The notes: generated by a model from the sequence alone, not told the origin. A stretch of 64,000 nt of DNA from an uncultured Alphaproteobacteria bacterium (GCA_902584805.1 CACIBE010000002.1:1212-65211); one strand, 5' to 3'; counted from the first letter of the stretch, positions 29,689 to 39,566 are shown. Program-made: numbers and translations.

Positions 29689-30588
29689 ATGAAAAATAAT
29701 TTATTTTTAGCTGTTATATTATCACTTTCAGGTTTGTTTTTATTGGATTGTATGGGGATTGCGATAAAGTTTTTACGAAACGAATATCCAGCAGCTCAAC
29801 TTTCTGTTTTTAGAAATTTATTTGGAATGATCCCATGTGTTATTGCTTTATATTTTTCACATGATTGGCATCAAAACGGTAGACAAATAAAAATAACGCA
29901 ATGGAAGTTAGGATTATTTCGAGGGGTATTTGTAGCGCTGGCTCAATTGTGTTTGTACACTTCTTATGCCTACCTTCCTTTTGCTTTAGTTGCTACCATG
30001 GAATACACTGGACCCATGATGGTTACCCTTCTTGCTATTCCTACATTAGGTGAAAAATTTGGTTGGTATAAAATGAGTGCAGTAATTTCTGGTTTTGCAG
30101 GTATCGTTTTAATTATGCAACCTTGGTCATCAGACTTTAATTATATGTTATTACTTCCTATCCTTGCTGCTTTTGGATATTCATTAGCAAGGGTAACATC
30201 CTTAAGTTTTGAGGATCATGTTCCTTCACCACTTATCAACTTGTATGGTCAAACAGGGACAATCATAGTTGCATGTATGTTAGTGGTATTTTTTGGTATG
30301 TGGGAAAATTTCAAAAGTATAAATGATTTCTTAGTAGTTTGTATAATGGGGATTGCAGGAGGATCTGGAACTTTATTATTAATATATGGCGCAAGAAAAG
30401 CAGAACTTAGTAAAATTATGCCATTTGATTATATCGAGATATTTTTTGCACTTATTTTAGGTTGGATATTTTTTGCAGAATGGCCAGTTGATCAACTCTT
30501 CCCAGGTGCTTTTTTCATAGTTTTAGGTGGATTAATCATTTATCTTCAACAAAGAAAAAATAATTTTCAAAGATTAAGGAAAACATAA
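29689..30588 (+). CDS. DMT/EamA family transporter
   Basis: Hydrophobic throughout; LGEKFG, PFDY, FFAEWP. Confidence 0.85.
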   Translation: MKNNLFLAVILSLSGLFLLDCMGIAIKFLRNEYPAAQLSVFRNLFGMIPCVIALYFSHDWHQNGRQIKITQWKLGLFRGVFVALAQLCLYTSYAYLPFALVATMEYTGPMMVTLLAIPTLGEKFGWYKMSAVISGFAGIVLIMQPWSSDFNYMLLLPILAAFGYSLARVTSLSFEDHVPSPLINLYGQTGTIIVACMLVVFFGMWENFKSINDFLVVCIMGIAGGSGTLLLIYGARKAELSKIMPFDYIEIFFALILGWIFFAEWPVDQLFPGAFFIVLGGLIIYLQQRKNNFQRLRKT

Positions 30589-31640
30589 TGGAATATAAAA
30601 TTGACAAACTTCAAAATGATAAAGGTTTAGATATAAACATAGTTAATATTATTAACTCAAACAATTATAGTTTTAGTTTTTATACATATGGCGGCTATAT
30701 GAGTGAAGTTTGTATTCCAACTTCTTCAAATGTTTCTGAAACAGAGGATGTATTATTAGGCTATGGTAATTTAGAAGATTGTCTGGAAGCTCATGGATAT
30801 TTTAATTCAATTATTGGAAGAGTTTGTAATAGAATAGGACAAAGTAAATTTACTCTTAATGGGGAAGAATATAATTTATATTCTAATACCGAACCTGATC
30901 ATCTTCATGGTGGAGAGGTAGGTTTCAATAAAAAGATTTGGAAAATAGCCGATATTAAAAAAACAAGCCAAAGTATAAAAGTAGAGCTCACTTACCACTC
31001 TCAACATTTAGAAGAAAATTATCCCGGTAACTTAAATTGTAAAACTATTTACGAACTTAATAACAATAACGAAATTCTAATTTCCTTCAATGCTACTACA
31101 GATCAAGATACTATTGTTAATATGACTAATCATAACTATTGGAATTTCCATGGCCATAAAGATAATTATAAAAATATTACTGATCATGTTGTCAGAATAT
31201 CATCTAATCAAATTTGCGAAACTGATGAGGGGTCAATTCCTACTGGTAAATTATTCGATGTAGTTGATACAAAATATGATCTTAATAATTCATTTGAAAT
31301 AAATAATTCTTTTTTAGAAGGCGGTGGTATTGATCACAATTATGTACTCAAAGATCACTCTATTGATCAATCTATAGCTTCCATCTACAGTAACATTACT
31401 GGCATGGGGGTTGAATACTCGACTGATCAACCTGGAATACAATTCTATACTGGTAATATGATGAAAGATTCATATCATGGCAAACATAATCGAAATTATG
31501 GATTACAATATGGTATGTGTCTAGAGACGCAAATTTTTCCAGATGCTATTAATCAACCAAATTTTCCATCAACTATATTAAAAAAAGGCGAAACATATAA
31601 TTCAAATACAAAAATAAAATTAAGAAATGATTTTAAATAA
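30588..31640 (+). CDS. galM: Aldose 1-epimerase (mutarotase)
   Basis: GRVCNRI, HLHGG, NMTNHNYWN, DHNY, QFYTGN, CLETQ. Confidence 0.9.
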   Translation: MEYKIDKLQNDKGLDINIVNIINSNNYSFSFYTYGGYMSEVCIPTSSNVSETEDVLLGYGNLEDCLEAHGYFNSIIGRVCNRIGQSKFTLNGEEYNLYSNTEPDHLHGGEVGFNKKIWKIADIKKTSQSIKVELTYHSQHLEENYPGNLNCKTIYELNNNNEILISFNATTDQDTIVNMTNHNYWNFHGHKDNYKNITDHVVRISSNQICETDEGSIPTGKLFDVVDTKYDLNNSFEINNSFLEGGGIDHNYVLKDHSIDQSIASIYSNITGMGVEYSTDQPGIQFYTGNMMKDSYHGKHNRNYGLQYGMCLETQIFPDAINQPNFPSTILKKGETYNSNTKIKLRNDFK

Positions 31641-31686
31641 ATTAATTTATTGTTTTATAATTTTATATCTATAGACATCCGCATAA

Positions 31687-32187
31687 ATGAAAATCAGTAA
31701 AAAAATCATAGATAATTTAAAAAAAGGGGGAGTAGATTTTTACTTAAGTGTTCCTTGTAAGTTATTAGCCAACATGATTGCTATTCTTGAAAATGATAAA
31801 GATGTTTATTATTCGGCTGTACCAAGAGAGGAAGAAGGTATGGGTATTTGTGCTGGAGCTTATTTAGGAAATAAATTCCCGTGTATAATGATGCAGAATA
31901 CAGGGATTGGAAATTCAGTGAATGCAATTGTTTCTCTATTACAATTATATCAAATGCCTGTTGTTTTTCTAATTAGTTACAGAGGTACACCAGGTGAGCC
32001 AGTAGGGGCACAAGGTGGAATGGCTAAAATAACTGAAGATATTTTACAAACTTTAAGAATACCTATGTTGCATTGTTCTTCAGAAAAAGATCTTGAGAAA
32101 ATTTCAACATTTAGCAAACATGCAAAAGTTGTTGAGTCCCCAGTTGCTATATTGTGTGATTTCAATTTAATGAAAGATGATACATGA
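31687..32187 (+). CDS. comD: Sulfopyruvate decarboxylase subunit alpha
   Basis: SVPC, REEEGMGICAGAYL, MQNTGIGNSVNAI.SL, ISYRG closely follow methanogen ComD as recalled. Confidence 0.82.
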   Translation: MKISKKIIDNLKKGGVDFYLSVPCKLLANMIAILENDKDVYYSAVPREEEGMGICAGAYLGNKFPCIMMQNTGIGNSVNAIVSLLQLYQMPVVFLISYRGTPGEPVGAQGGMAKITEDILQTLRIPMLHCSSEKDLEKISTFSKHAKVVESPVAILCDFNLMKDDT

Positions 32188-32753
32188 ACCGTTTTGACCT
32201 ATTAAATAAAATACAAAATATTCTTAAAGATAACTTAGTTATTTGTAATATAGGTCTTCCATCTCAAGAATTATATAAAATTAACGATCAACCAAACTTT
32301 TTTTATATGTTAGGCAGTATGGGCTTGTCCTCTTCTATTGGTTTAGGCTTGGCACTATCGCAAAATAAACACGTTATTAGTATAGATGGTGATGGATCAG
32401 TTTTAATGAATATGAATACCCTAGCAACAATAGGTAATAGAGCGCCATCAAACTATAGTTTATTAATAATTGATAATGGATCATATGGATCAACAGGAGA
32501 TCAACGAACTTTTACTGATGAAAATACTTCTTTAAAAGATGTTGCAATAGGCGCTGGTTGTAAAAATGTAGTTGAATGTTCTGGAGATGAAACAGTAAAT
32601 GCATTGAACAAAGCCATTGATGATAAAGATAATTCATATGTAATAATTTCAAAGATCAATTCTGGGAATGTTAAAATTGATCCTATTCCAATCAATCCTA
32701 TAACTATAAGAGATAGGTTTAGAAAGTTTATCGGTATAGTTAAATACCTTTAA
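32184..32753 (+). CDS. comE: Sulfopyruvate decarboxylase subunit beta
   Basis: NIGLPSQELY, FYMLGSMGLSSSIGLGLAL, TPP motif DGDGSVLMN...DNGSYGSTG.Q; ATGA overlap with comD. Confidence 0.82.
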   Translation: MNRFDLLNKIQNILKDNLVICNIGLPSQELYKINDQPNFFYMLGSMGLSSSIGLGLALSQNKHVISIDGDGSVLMNMNTLATIGNRAPSNYSLLIIDNGSYGSTGDQRTFTDENTSLKDVAIGAGCKNVVECSGDETVNALNKAIDDKDNSYVIISKINSGNVKIDPIPINPITIRDRFRKFIGIVKYL

Positions 32754-32763
32754 TTAATATTTT

Positions 32764-33672
32764 ATGATCATTTGTGCAGGATCAATATTTACAGATTACA
32801 TAAGTAGGATAGATAAATTTCCAAAAAAACCAATTAAAGTTTTATCTAGAGGTATTGATAAAAGATTAGGTGGTTCAGCAGCAATATCTGCATTTACTGC
32901 AAAAATTTTGGGCTCTGAATCAAAATTCATAGGAAAATTTGGAAATGATGATTCATCAGTCTTTTTAAAAAATGAATTAAAAAAATTTTCTATTAATACT
33001 AGTAAATCAATTTTTATTAAAAAATGTCAGTCTTCGCAAAGCTTTGTAATTGAGGATACAAAAGGTGAAAGATTACTAGCAGCATACAATGATCCAAAAT
33101 TACTTGATTATAAGAAAATACCCAAATTAAATTTTAAAAAAAAGGATATTTATTCAATAGATATGAGATGGATAGATATAGCCTCTTATATTGCTATTAA
33201 TACCAATAAAAAAAATATTAAATGTGTTGCTGATCTAGATAATTTTAAAAATTCTAATAAAATTTCTGAAATTGTTCACAAAGCTTCGCACCCTATATTT
33301 TCTGAAGAAGGTTTGAAAACTTATAAAAAAAACATCAATATGCAAAAGGCTCTTTTTCAAATATTCAATGAAACAAATAAATTTGTTGCAGTTACTTTGG
33401 GATCAAAAGGTGTTTATTGGGTTGAAAATAACTCATTATATCATTGTAATGTTCCAAAAGTAAAAACGGTTGAAACGAATTGTGCAGGAGATGTTTTTCA
33501 TGGTGCTTTTGCAACAGCTCTATCATTAAATAAGTCAAACTCTCAAAGTATTCAATTGGCAGCAGCTACTGCAACTTTAAAATGCATGAAAGCTGGAGGC
33601 ATATATTCAATACCAAATTTAAACAACGTAAAAAAGTTTTTAAAAAAATTAAAAATTAAAAAAATTAAATGA
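32764..33672 (+). CDS. PfkB-family kinase, sulfofructose kinase (YihV)-like
   Basis: AGDVFHGA anion-hole motif plus YihV-like SSQS...DTKGER, DMRW, FSEEGL. Confidence 0.72.
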   Translation: MIICAGSIFTDYISRIDKFPKKPIKVLSRGIDKRLGGSAAISAFTAKILGSESKFIGKFGNDDSSVFLKNELKKFSINTSKSIFIKKCQSSQSFVIEDTKGERLLAAYNDPKLLDYKKIPKLNFKKKDIYSIDMRWIDIASYIAINTNKKNIKCVADLDNFKNSNKISEIVHKASHPIFSEEGLKTYKKNINMQKALFQIFNETNKFVAVTLGSKGVYWVENNSLYHCNVPKVKTVETNCAGDVFHGAFATALSLNKSNSQSIQLAAATATLKCMKAGGIYSIPNLNNVKKFLKKLKIKKIK

Positions 33673-34604
33673 CAAAAATTTTAATTACAGAATTTATAGA
33701 TTCACAATCATTGCAAAATATAGATAAAAAATTTGATGTAATTTATAAAAAAGATGCCTGGCAAAATAAAGATTTTTTAGAGAGAGAAATTCAGAAATTT
33801 GATGGCATCATCGTAAGGAATAAAACAAGTTTAGATAAGAAAATTTTAATAAATGCGTCAAATTTAAAGTTTATAGGAAGATTAGGTGTTGGTCTTGATA
33901 ATATAGATACAGAATACTGTAAAAAAAATAATATTATTGTTCAGCCAGCAACAGGTATGAATTCTGACTCTGTTGCAGAATACGTTGTGAATTCTTCTCT
34001 TACATTATTAAAAAAAACTCACATTATTAAAGAACAAACTCTACAAGGAAAATGGCCAAGGACATCAATTGTTACAAAAGAACTTAAAGGAAAGACTCTT
34101 GGTCTAATAGGTTTTGGGGATATTTCAAAAAAAGTTTTAAATCTTGTAAATGTTTTTGATGTTAGCTGTATTGCATATGATCCTTTTATAACTTCGAAAC
34201 AAATGGAGGCAGAAAATGTTAGGAAAGTTTCATTCGATGAAATTCTTAATTTGGCCGACATAATTTCTATTCATGTCCCATTAAATAATGAAACAAAGTA
34301 TCTATTTGACAGACAAGCTTTTATTAAAATGAAAAAACAACCAATTATAATCAATTCTTCTAGGGGTGGCGTAATCAATGAGAAAGACTTAATTGATGCT
34401 TATAAAAATAAATATATCTCTGGTTTCGCATTAGATGTTTTTGAAAATGAACCAGTAAATGAAGCATTTTATAACAATATTACAAATGATATGAATTGCA
34501 TCTTAACACCTCATATTGCAGGTGTAACTGCTGAATCAAACGTTAGAGTAAGTAATTTTATAATTGATAAAACAAATAAATTTTTTGAAAATTTTAAAGA
34601 TTAA
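33669..34604 (+). CDS. slcC: D-2-hydroxyacid dehydrogenase, (S)-sulfolactate dehydrogenase SlcC-like
   Basis: ILITEF.D, IVRN.T, GRLGVGLDNID, PATG.N..SVAEYV, WPR, PHIAGVT.ESN resemble SlcC; same operon as comDE. Confidence 0.7.
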   Translation: MTKILITEFIDSQSLQNIDKKFDVIYKKDAWQNKDFLEREIQKFDGIIVRNKTSLDKKILINASNLKFIGRLGVGLDNIDTEYCKKNNIIVQPATGMNSDSVAEYVVNSSLTLLKKTHIIKEQTLQGKWPRTSIVTKELKGKTLGLIGFGDISKKVLNLVNVFDVSCIAYDPFITSKQMEAENVRKVSFDEILNLADIISIHVPLNNETKYLFDRQAFIKMKKQPIIINSSRGGVINEKDLIDAYKNKYISGFALDVFENEPVNEAFYNNITNDMNCILTPHIAGVTAESNVRVSNFIIDKTNKFFENFKD

Positions 34605-35682
34605 ATTCACTCATCTTAACCACACGATTTTCTTTTATTGATTTCTCTGCTGCTTCTCCAATAGCCACTGCATGAAGACCATCATTTATAGAAACTTGTG
34701 GTTTTAAATTATTATTAATTGCTTTAATAAATTCTAAATGTTGATAATAAGTCGATCCATGATGTTGCCCAGCTGATAAAATTTTTTTATCTACCTCAAC
34801 TAATTCTTTAATTGCATTTTTAGAGTTTCTTAAACCTATTCTAACTTCTGAAGAGTTTTTTCCAGATGCATCAGCTGGCACACCTGTTTCTATTTTACCC
34901 TTATCTCCAACAACACATAACTCTTCTTGCATTTCTGAATTTTCTGCAAACATACAAAGTTCTAAAGAACTTCTTATTCCATTTTTAAAATCTAAAATTA
35001 CAAATGCATTGTCCAATATATCAGGAACTTTTCCATTATAATTTTCATTAAGATGATTTACACTTTGGTCACCACTTGCATATACCTGTGTAACTTCACT
35101 ATTTGTAATTAGGCGCATTAAATCAAAAAAATGACAGCATTTTTCTACTAATGTTCCACCGGTGTTTATTTGGAATCTATTCCAATCGTCTACTTTTTTG
35201 AGAAATGGAAATCTATGTTCACGAATTGAAAGCATTTTAAGCTTACCAATTTTATTACTATCTATTTCTTGGATCATTTTTTGAACAGGTGGCATGTACC
35301 TATACTCCATAGCCACCCATATTACTGATGGATATGAAGTTGATAATTTTTTAATTTCAAGACAATCTTCTAATTTTGTACATAAGGGTTTTTCAATTAA
35401 TAAATTTTTTTTTGTTTTTAATGCTTCTTTAATAATATCATGATGGGTAAAATTGGGAGTCGAAATAATAAAAGCATCCACTTCATTATTTTTAAAAATT
35501 TCATTATTATTTGAATAGATTTTAATATCATTTGAGATAAGATTTTTAGCTTTATTTATTGAATTTTCATTACTGTCTGAGATGGCAACTACTTCAGCTG
35601 AATCTATAAGATTAATATTTGAAATATGTTCACAACCCATTAGTCCACTTCCAACAATTCCATATTTAATTTTCGTTTTCAT
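34594..35682 (-). CDS. Gfo/Idh/MocA-fold protein, probable NAD+-dependent sulfoquinovosidase (GH188/SqgA-like)
   Basis: Subfamily motifs EYRYMPP, IREHRFPFL.KV.DWNRF, GGTLVEKCCHFFDLM, LCMFAE, HHGS; sulfonate gene context. Confidence 0.68.
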   Translation of the reverse strand: MKTKIKYGIVGSGLMGCEHISNINLIDSAEVVAISDSNENSINKAKNLISNDIKIYSNNNEIFKNNEVDAFIISTPNFTHHDIIKEALKTKKNLLIEKPLCTKLEDCLEIKKLSTSYPSVIWVAMEYRYMPPVQKMIQEIDSNKIGKLKMLSIREHRFPFLKKVDDWNRFQINTGGTLVEKCCHFFDLMRLITNSEVTQVYASGDQSVNHLNENYNGKVPDILDNAFVILDFKNGIRSSLELCMFAENSEMQEELCVVGDKGKIETGVPADASGKNSSEVRIGLRNSKNAIKELVEVDKKILSAGQHHGSTYYQHLEFIKAINNNLKPQVSINDGLHAVAIGEAAEKSIKENRVVKMSEFNL

Positions 35683-37052
35683 GTTGTGTAAATTGGAATA
35701 TTTAATTGCGCACTTAGTTTTTTTATTTCTGAATATACATCTCCATATGTGAATGCTAGATGATGTTCGATACCAGACGTGAATAATCTAACTAATTTTT
35801 GATAGGTATTTGTTTGAAATCTCACAACACCCGAAGTACCTGAAAATGAATTTTTTTTATCTAAAACTTCACCTTTAATAACAATAAATTTTAATTTATT
35901 TTCTGATTTTGAAACTCTAAATATTGTTATTTTTCCAGGTCTAAATGCAAAATCATGAAGCAATGCTTTCCTTCTATTAGAATGTACAGTTGCACTTGCT
36001 GTATTTTTTTTTGCCATACTAATTGGTGCTAATCCACAATGCCAAAAAACTAAAGTATCAGTTTTGGGATCACAATCAACAACATCTACTAAAAGTGACG
36101 GTCTGTTATTTATCTTATTTAAAATATCGCAACTTATACTTCCTAATACATCAGCTTCACATGCACTGCTAACTCCCTTTTCATTCATCATAGCCATTGG
36201 ACCACATGATGCACATCCAAATTGAGTAAACATTTCAGGCCAACACTTAATTGCAAAAGTATCAATTTTGTTATCATTTTTTATTTTTTCTAACCCATGA
36301 AAAATTGAAATACTTTTATTTAATTCATTTGCATTCAACTTAGAGACTAATTTCAAATCTTTTTTTATTTGATTTTTAGTTTTTGTAATATCTTTAGTGC
36401 TAACATTTTTAGAAATATTAAACAAAGTTTCTAATTTAATTTTCTTAAGACTATAATTTAATTTTTTTTCTATTTCTCTATTATCATAATCACAGGTAAA
36501 AAATCCATCTGGTCTTTTTCCAACAAGTCCTAAATTCTTTTTTTTTGAAAAAATAATGTCATCTTTCTTTTTAGAATTTTTTATTTTTTTCAATGTATTA
36601 TTTTTTAAAATTTTTTTATTTTTGAAAAAATTATTAATTTTTTCCATTTCGAATAATTTATTATTAATAAATATTGAAAATTCTGGCTTATATTTTAATT
36701 TGATTAAAGAATGCATCGCAAGATTTACACCACATAAAGAGTTCAATCTTAACCGCTTACCTGATCTCGGCTCTTTAAAACTTATTAAATGTATTGGTTT
36801 ATTAAATGTTTTAGCAAAACTTGTTATAAATTTTGCATCAGTGAAAGTTGTTTGAGCAATGATATATTTGCTACAATTTAGTTTTTTAAAATATCTAATA
36901 GCTTTTTTTCCTGTTTCATCATCTGTAATTAATTCTTTAAAATGTGAGTATTTAATGTCTAAAATATCTATAAATTTTTCAAACCTTTTTTTATTATCTA
37001 AAGCATAATTTATATCAAATGTATCTCTTGCTAATGCTAAATAACCAATCAT
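35679..37052 (-). CDS. L-fucose/L-arabinose isomerase-fold protein, sulfoquinovose isomerase (SqvD)-like
   Basis: AR.TFD, RLRLNSLCG.N, AIKCWPE, CEADVLG, FWHCG.AP, FSGTSG, EHH; cotranscribed with the GH188-like gene. Confidence 0.68.
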   Translation of the reverse strand: MIGYLALARDTFDINYALDNKKRFEKFIDILDIKYSHFKELITDDETGKKAIRYFKKLNCSKYIIAQTTFTDAKFITSFAKTFNKPIHLISFKEPRSGKRLRLNSLCGVNLAMHSLIKLKYKPEFSIFINNKLFEMEKINNFFKNKKILKNNTLKKIKNSKKKDDIIFSKKKNLGLVGKRPDGFFTCDYDNREIEKKLNYSLKKIKLETLFNISKNVSTKDITKTKNQIKKDLKLVSKLNANELNKSISIFHGLEKIKNDNKIDTFAIKCWPEMFTQFGCASCGPMAMMNEKGVSSACEADVLGSISCDILNKINNRPSLLVDVVDCDPKTDTLVFWHCGLAPISMAKKNTASATVHSNRRKALLHDFAFRPGKITIFRVSKSENKLKFIVIKGEVLDKKNSFSGTSGVVRFQTNTYQKLVRLFTSGIEHHLAFTYGDVYSEIKKLSAQLNIPIYTT

Positions 37053-37187
37053 TGAATTTTGATATGTTTATAATATTTTTTAACAAAATATTATTATTTA
37101 ATTTCAAAATTTGCCATTATTTCTAGGTTTTTATTACTTGTATATAATAATTTAATATGTTTTAGTCTAAAAAAAATTGGAGGATAA

Positions 37188-38468
37188 ATGATGAACTTTA
37201 AGTTTATTTTAAAAGCAATATCTGTAGCTTTAGTTTCATTCTCATTAACTTTAATTTCTGCAGTTTCTTTTGCTGCCACAGATGTACGTATTATGTGGTA
37301 TGGAGATGGAGACAAAGAAAATGTGCCAATTGCAGCACAAATTGATGAGTTTAATGCAGCTAATCCAGATATAAATGTAATTTTAGATATTGTACCATAT
37401 GATGCAATAATGAACACTCTACCTATTCAGCTTGCTGCTGGTGAGGGTCCTGACATTGCTCGTGTTACTGATCTTGGTGGATTAAACAAATATTATGCTG
37501 ATATTACGCCTTATGTAGCTGATCCAAGTTACTATGAAAAAAGCTTCGGTCCTTTTTTAAATTGGTATCGTAAGCCTGGAGATACAACTTCAATTCATGG
37601 TTTCCATTCTACAATGACCGTTACTGGTCCATATGTAAATAAAACTCTATTTGAACAAGCTGGTGTAGATCTATTAGGCCCTGGTGCAACTTGGGAAGAA
37701 TGGGCAGCAGCTTCAATTGAAGTAGCAGAAAAAACAGGTACTCCTATACCAATGGCTTGGGATAGATCAGGTCACCGTGTATCAGGTCCTGCGATTTCTA
37801 TGGGTGCGAAATATTTTGATTCAAATGGTGATCCAAAATTAGTCGATGATGGATTAAAAGCTATGACTCAAATGCTTTATGACTGGCACCAAGCAGGTAC
37901 AATGAGTAAAGATCTTTGGGGATCAGTTTCAGGATCTAAATATCATGCTCCAAATGATTGGTGGAATGCTGCTGAGGTAGTTTTCATGATGAGTGGTTCA
38001 TGGCAAATTGGAAGATTTGCAAATGAAGTAGGAGATGATTTTGATTGGTGGGCTGTACCAGCTCCATGTGGTCCTGCTGCATGTACTGGAATGCCAGGTG
38101 GAAATGCATTATTAGCATTCAATGCTAATCCAGCTGTTGGAAAGGTAATGGATTATCTTTCTAGTAAAGAACAACTAAGTAGTTTTATTGGTCAAGTTCT
38201 TGCTATCCCAGGACACTTAGATCTACAAGTTGACTATCAAACTGATGATCCAAACGCAAAACATGCATTAAACACTTTTGCTGGCGCAGTGCCAACTATT
38301 GATCAAGTCGCTTTTGATCTTCAGGCACACGTTGACAACCGTATAATGTTTAACGCAATTATCTCAAGATTAGGACAAGCTATTGTTGGTGAAATGACAA
38401 TGGAAGAAGCTTGGACGCGTATGGATGAAGATGTTGAAAAACAACTTAAAGAAAAATACGGCGGATAA
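37188..38468 (+). CDS. Sugar ABC substrate-binding protein (CUT1), digalacturonate-binding AguE-like
   Basis: SD GGAGG, signal peptide, LPIQLAAGEGPDIARVTDLGG, TVTGPYVNKTLFEQAG, DRSGHR, SGSWQI; uronate gene context. Confidence 0.75.
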   Translation: MMNFKFILKAISVALVSFSLTLISAVSFAATDVRIMWYGDGDKENVPIAAQIDEFNAANPDINVILDIVPYDAIMNTLPIQLAAGEGPDIARVTDLGGLNKYYADITPYVADPSYYEKSFGPFLNWYRKPGDTTSIHGFHSTMTVTGPYVNKTLFEQAGVDLLGPGATWEEWAAASIEVAEKTGTPIPMAWDRSGHRVSGPAISMGAKYFDSNGDPKLVDDGLKAMTQMLYDWHQAGTMSKDLWGSVSGSKYHAPNDWWNAAEVVFMMSGSWQIGRFANEVGDDFDWWAVPAPCGPAACTGMPGGNALLAFNANPAVGKVMDYLSSKEQLSSFIGQVLAIPGHLDLQVDYQTDDPNAKHALNTFAGAVPTIDQVAFDLQAHVDNRIMFNAIISRLGQAIVGEMTMEEAWTRMDEDVEKQLKEKYGG

Positions 38469-38492
38469 TTACATCCAAAATAATAATAATAT

Positions 38493-38522
38493 AAAGCTGC
38501 TCATTTTGAGCAGCTTTTTTTC
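38493..38522 (+). terminator. Intrinsic terminator-like hairpin after the binding-protein gene
   Basis: AAAGCTGCTCA-TTT-TGAGCAGCTTT followed by a T tract. Confidence 0.8.
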
Positions 38523-38533
38523 GAAATAAATTA

Positions 38534-39565
38534 ATGGAAAATATTAGAAATCAAACAAAAATTTTTTTCCTTAGAATTTTAAACATTCCCTTTGCATTTT
38601 TAATGCATGCTATTGATTTAATCATGTGGCCAATTCAAAAAATTATTGGTGTAAGAAATATGCCATATATTTTTTTGCTTCCAAATTTAATTTTTTTTGG
38701 ATTATTTGTAATAATCCCTCTTGGTGCAAACTTTTTCTTTTCATTATCATCTGGTGACGATCTGTTATTTGCTGAGAGAGAACTTCCTACAACAAAACAA
38801 TATGATCAGTTATTTGATTGTGAGAGTTATTTAAACCCAAATACATGTACAGAAGATTTTTTTTGGAGAGGAGTTTATAACACTATATTCTTTGTTGTTT
38901 TTCAAGTTGGCTTAATGATTTTCTTTTCAGTTTTGACTGCCGTGATATTAAATAAGAAAATTATTGGCAGAGGCTTTTTTAGATCGGTATTTTTTTTCCC
39001 TGTTTTATTGTCACCAGTTGTTGTTGGTTTGATTTGGCAATGGATACTGCTAAAAAATGGAGCTTTCAATGCTATAATTGAGTCTTATGGTGGAGACAAA
39101 GTATCATTTTTAACGGATCCATCATGGGCTATGGCATCTGTAATCTTTGTATCAATATGGGCCCATATGGGTTTTTACACTCTGATTGTATTAGCAGGTC
39201 TTCAAGCAATACCTCCAAATTTATATGAGGCAGCCGAAATGGATGGAACTAGCCGAGAAAGAATTTTCTTTCGAATAACTCTACCTCTTCTAATGCCAAA
39301 TTTATTAGTTGTATTTATTCTTGCCTCAATAAAAGGTGTTCAAACATTTGATGAAATATATGTTTTAACTGGTGGTGGCCCTGGAACATCTACATCATTG
39401 ATTGTTCAATATATTTTTACCACAGGATTTGCTTCATCTGGATCTGTTCAAAATTTTGGTCTTGCAGCCGCCGCATCTATGGTTCTCGGTGTGGTACTTT
39501 TATTTTTAACACTTATGCAATTATATTTCAGTCGAAATAAAGAAAGTAAACATCAAGAAATCTAA
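38534..39565 (+). CDS. Sugar ABC permease (MalF-like)
   Basis: LYEAAEMDG; FDEIYVLTGGGP. Confidence 0.9.
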   Translation: MENIRNQTKIFFLRILNIPFAFLMHAIDLIMWPIQKIIGVRNMPYIFLLPNLIFFGLFVIIPLGANFFFSLSSGDDLLFAERELPTTKQYDQLFDCESYLNPNTCTEDFFWRGVYNTIFFVVFQVGLMIFFSVLTAVILNKKIIGRGFFRSVFFFPVLLSPVVVGLIWQWILLKNGAFNAIIESYGGDKVSFLTDPSWAMASVIFVSIWAHMGFYTLIVLAGLQAIPPNLYEAAEMDGTSRERIFFRITLPLLMPNLLVVFILASIKGVQTFDEIYVLTGGGPGTSTSLIVQYIFTTGFASSGSVQNFGLAAAASMVLGVVLLFLTLMQLYFSRNKESKHQEI

Positions 39566-39566
39566 T

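Noticed and set aside
31687-32753. Phosphonopyruvate decarboxylase and phosphonate biosynthesis
   Set aside because: No PEP mutase; the SlcC-like and SQ-related neighbours favour sulfopyruvate.
33669-34604. serA (phosphoglycerate dehydrogenase)
   Set aside because: No ACT domain; sequence and context match SlcC better.
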